Assembly (NCBI GenBank): GCA_043819795.1
Contig: JBDREN010000041.1
Span: forward strand, 1-28,179
Source of the DNA: Elusimicrobiota bacterium
GTDB lineage: Bacteria; Elusimicrobiota; Elusimicrobia; UBA1565
Direction: 5' to 3'
Length of the DNA stretch: 28,179 nucleotides
Made by a program: the position numbers and the translations under genes. This document shows positions 25,897 through 28,179 of the stretch, piece by piece (the first letter of the stretch is position 1; every line of letters starts with the position of its first letter). The notes below the pieces were generated by a model. That model did not search any database and was not told the DNA's origin. It saw only the letters and a program-made list of their open reading frames with translations.

Positions 25897-26871
25897 ATGA
25901 ATAGATTTTGCGTCGCCACGGTGGTGATGACGTTGACCCTCGCTGTCGCGAGCGGCGTTCACGCCAAGCCATCCAAGCCCGCCAAGGGAAAGGCCGCGGT
26001 CAAGATGAAGATCCTCAGCTTCACCGGCAAGCTCGGGTTCATGCTGCCGGACGGCAAGGTCGTCAGCGTGGACGCCGGCGCGCCGATCCCCGAGATCCCT
26101 GAGGGCGCCGAGATCGTGGTATTGTCGGGCGAGGCCCTGTTCGAGGCCGGGGGCGTCATCGTCCGGGCCGACGAAGGCGACAGCTTCACTTTCGATGCCT
26201 CGGCCGGCGCGGTCCAGATCGCGGCGACCGGGAAGAACACCTCCCTCCGGGTGACGGCCGGCGGGACAGAGGCCATAGTCGGGAGCGGCGATGCCATCTC
26301 CGTTACGAGCGTGGCCTCGGGCAGGGTCCAGCTCACGGTCGTGTCAGGGGACGTCACTCTGGTTCAAGACGGCGGGACGCGGACGCTCACTGCCGGAGAC
26401 ACCGCCGACGTCGAATTGCCGGTCCCCGAGGCCCTTGGGCCGCCCCCGGCCGTGGAGCCCGGAGTCAGCCCCCAGCCGGTCAGAGCCGAGGATGAGGACC
26501 CCGCGCCCGCGAAGCTTCCGGACGAGGAAGAGGAGGAAGAGGAGCCCCAGACCGAGGAGCTCTCGGAAGAGGAAGAGAAGGCCGCCGCCGAGGAAGAGGC
26601 CAAGCAAGAGGCGGAAGTGGAGGCGAGTCCAGTGGCGGACGAGGAGGCGAAGGAGGGGGATTCTATCCCCGAAGAGGACTGGGTTGAGGGTCCCGAAGCG
26701 GGGCCTACGCCTCCGACCGAAGAGGCCAAGGAAGAGACCGGCGCTGAGCCGGAGCCCACCTGGGAGGAGCCCGCGTGGGAGGACCCGGTCTCCGAGCCCG
26801 AGGCCCCGACAAATCCCTCGCAGGATATCGAAGTCACCGAGGAAGAGGTCTCTCCCTCGAGTCCGCAATAG
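25897..26871 (+). CDS. Secreted protein with a FecR-like beta-rich domain and a long Glu/Pro-rich tail
   Basis: SD GGAGGAG; signal peptide ending in VHA; repeated V..G.V/A beta motifs (VVLSGEA, VVSGDV); acidic tail ending VSPSSPQ. Confidence 0.75.
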   Translation: MNRFCVATVVMTLTLAVASGVHAKPSKPAKGKAAVKMKILSFTGKLGFMLPDGKVVSVDAGAPIPEIPEGAEIVVLSGEALFEAGGVIVRADEGDSFTFDASAGAVQIAATGKNTSLRVTAGGTEAIVGSGDAISVTSVASGRVQLTVVSGDVTLVQDGGTRTLTAGDTADVELPVPEALGPPPAVEPGVSPQPVRAEDEDPAPAKLPDEEEEEEEPQTEELSEEEEKAAAEEEAKQEAEVEASPVADEEAKEGDSIPEEDWVEGPEAGPTPPTEEAKEETGAEPEPTWEEPAWEDPVSEPEAPTNPSQDIEVTEEEVSPSSPQ

Positions 26872-26883
26872 CCCAGGAACGTC

Positions 26884-27003
26884 CTACTGCTTGTTGTCCG
26901 TCCCGCCTTTCTGGATCGCGTTGAGGATGTCGCCCAGCAGGGCGATCATCTGATCCGTCTTGTGGTTCAGCTTCTTCAGTTCGTGGATGATCTCTTCGTC
27001 CAT
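26884..27003 (-). CDS. 39-aa helical small protein (MDEEIIHELKKLNHKTDQMIALLGDILNAIQKGGTDNKQ), leaderless
   Basis: Not in the ORF track. Strong GC3 codon bias, amphipathic pattern, and TAGAAT -10 (27010-27015) 6 nt before the ATG. Confidence 0.65.
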   Translation of the reverse strand: MDEEIIHELKKLNHKTDQMIALLGDILNAIQKGGTDNKQ

Positions 27004-27087
27004 GCCCATATTCTACAAAAGGAGAGCGGCCCGGACGCCGGTCGAAATGCTGAGCGATAGGGGCGTCAGGGCCCGGCGGTCGTCGCC

Positions 27088-27291
27088 TTATTGGGAGAAC
27101 AGGTCGAAGATGTTCCCCAGCATGCTGCTGTCCGCCTTGTAGAACTCGGTGTACTTGCACTTGCGGCAGGTCACCGCCGTATAGCGCTGGCCCTGCACGT
27201 CGAAGATCTTGCTCCAGAACCCTCCCGCCGCGCGGATCTCGCCGGTGTCATACTCGGACGACGAGCATTTTGGACAGTGGAATTGGCCCAT
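27088..27291 (-). CDS. Small zinc-ribbon protein (DUF2082-like)
   Basis: SD GGAGG; motifs CPKC, GGFWSKIFDVQ, CRKCKYTEFY. Confidence 0.85.
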   Translation of the reverse strand: MGQFHCPKCSSSEYDTGEIRAAGGFWSKIFDVQGQRYTAVTCRKCKYTEFYKADSSMLGNIFDLFSQ

Positions 27292-27303
27292 GGGTCGCCT
27301 CCT

Positions 27304-27789
27304 CTATTCCAGCTTGTGGATCGATATCTTGATGGAGATGCGGGTGTCCGGCGCTTCGAGTACGACCGCTTCCTTGCCGTCCCGCAGGTAGACCTCGGTC
27401 TGGAACTGGAGAGTGTCGTGCTTCTTGGCCCTAGGCGGCTCGGACACTTCCACCTGAAACTGTAGGTCGATCACGTCGGAATCCTCAACGATCACCGGGA
27501 GGATGTTGAAGATCAGCGCGATCCCCTGGTCCTTGCGCTGCATGACGTAATTGCTTTGGGTCGCGTCGACCGCGTCCCACTTGGCGGAAGTCTCGAGTTC
27601 GCCGAACCGAAAGCGGGCTTCCACCTTGAGCAGCAGGGTCTCGGTGTCCGGCTTGCGCGGAGGGCGCTTCTTGATGGGCTTGAAGGTCTGCTTTGTCGAC
27701 GTGTCCGCCTGCTTCTTAGCGGCGGCCGGCGCGGGCCAGGATAGAATCATCCCGGCGATCAGAGTCGCGGCGATGGCGTATCTGGACAT
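27304..27789 (-). CDS. Secreted hypothetical protein
   Basis: Signal peptide, Lys-rich N-region, beta-strand-like body, typical codon usage. Confidence 0.7.
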   Translation of the reverse strand: MSRYAIAATLIAGMILSWPAPAAAKKQADTSTKQTFKPIKKRPPRKPDTETLLLKVEARFRFGELETSAKWDAVDATQSNYVMQRKDQGIALIFNILPVIVEDSDVIDLQFQVEVSEPPRAKKHDTLQFQTEVYLRDGKEAVVLEAPDTRISIKISIHKLE

Positions 27790-27878
27790 GCTGGGCCTCG
27801 GTGGCGCTCACTCTCCCGAAGGATCCCGCGCCAGAGCCCGGAACAAAAATCCCGCGGGGATAGTCAGAGCGCGTCCTC

Positions 27879-27906
27879 AGTATAGCGGACAGGGCGCGAA
27901 TTTCAA
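27879..27906 (-). promoter_or_regulatory. Sigma70-type promoter for the 27789 and 27291 genes
   Basis: TTGAAA-16 nt-TATACT on the minus strand. Confidence 0.6.
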
Positions 27907-28179
27907 GAGCACTGATCACATCTGTGCGCGCGGGCGGGTGGGCTAGTTTTTTCTTTCCTGGAGCGTTACCCCGCGGCTCCGGAGGGATTCCGCCATGCTC
28001 CGGAGGCGTCCCAAGCCTTGACCGCTAATAAAAAAAAGCCACAGCGTCAAAAGTCGGTTGGATAACAAAAAATCTTTGATTTAGCATAGGAAATTCTTCG
28101 CCCACCAGTCGTAATCGTTCCGCTTTCAGCCTTCCTTCGCGACACCCGCACTTGCATCCTCCGTCGAGAACCTACTTTT

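Noticed and set aside
27944..28179. AT-richer right end as a gene or mobile-element edge
   Set aside because: Only short ORFs without a convincing start or motif, and no terminal repeat recognised. It cannot be interpreted without sequence beyond the window.
1..28179. CRISPR array, tRNA, rRNA, integron attC array
   Set aside because: No regularly spaced repeat-spacer units, cloverleaf or T-loop signatures, rRNA-like sequence, or RYYYAAC/GTTRRRY-bounded cassettes were seen.

Overview
A 28 kb window from a high-GC bacterial chromosome. The style of the secreted proteins suggests Elusimicrobiota, but that is only an inference. From left to right: the 3' end and terminal repeat of an IS4/IS50-like element; a short, probably truncated membrane-protein ORF; and a strongly self-pairing ~180-nt intergenic segment. 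Next is a translationally coupled five-gene AmmeMemoRadiSam-type operon: a 1219-aa membrane fusion (degenerate spermidine-synthase-like domain, SGAT flavinylation domain, NosR/NapH-type Fe-S domain), a small membrane protein, a radical SAM enzyme, a 55-aa Tat-like peptide, and a MEMO1-AMMECR1 fusion with a signal peptide. Then come addB-addA-mtgA, a lone mreB with an altered phosphate-2 loop, a Na/Pi cotransporter, and three peptidases (M28, M4/M36-like, S8) around a frameshifted outer-membrane-like gene. The window ends with several small envelope genes. The most interesting points are these. (1) The two small proteins flanking the radical SAM gene both carry the 'REAxxY' motif that the enzyme's own N-terminus lacks, and the whole operon looks extracytoplasmic and redox-linked. 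(2) A short DNA repeat is inserted in frame in two different genes and read in different frames. (3) The intergenic segment is a candidate structured RNA. (4) A ~23-bp-periodic GGNCC-type motif lies upstream of the two secreted proteases. No rRNA, tRNA or CRISPR array was seen. All family calls come from motif recognition by eye, not from database searches.
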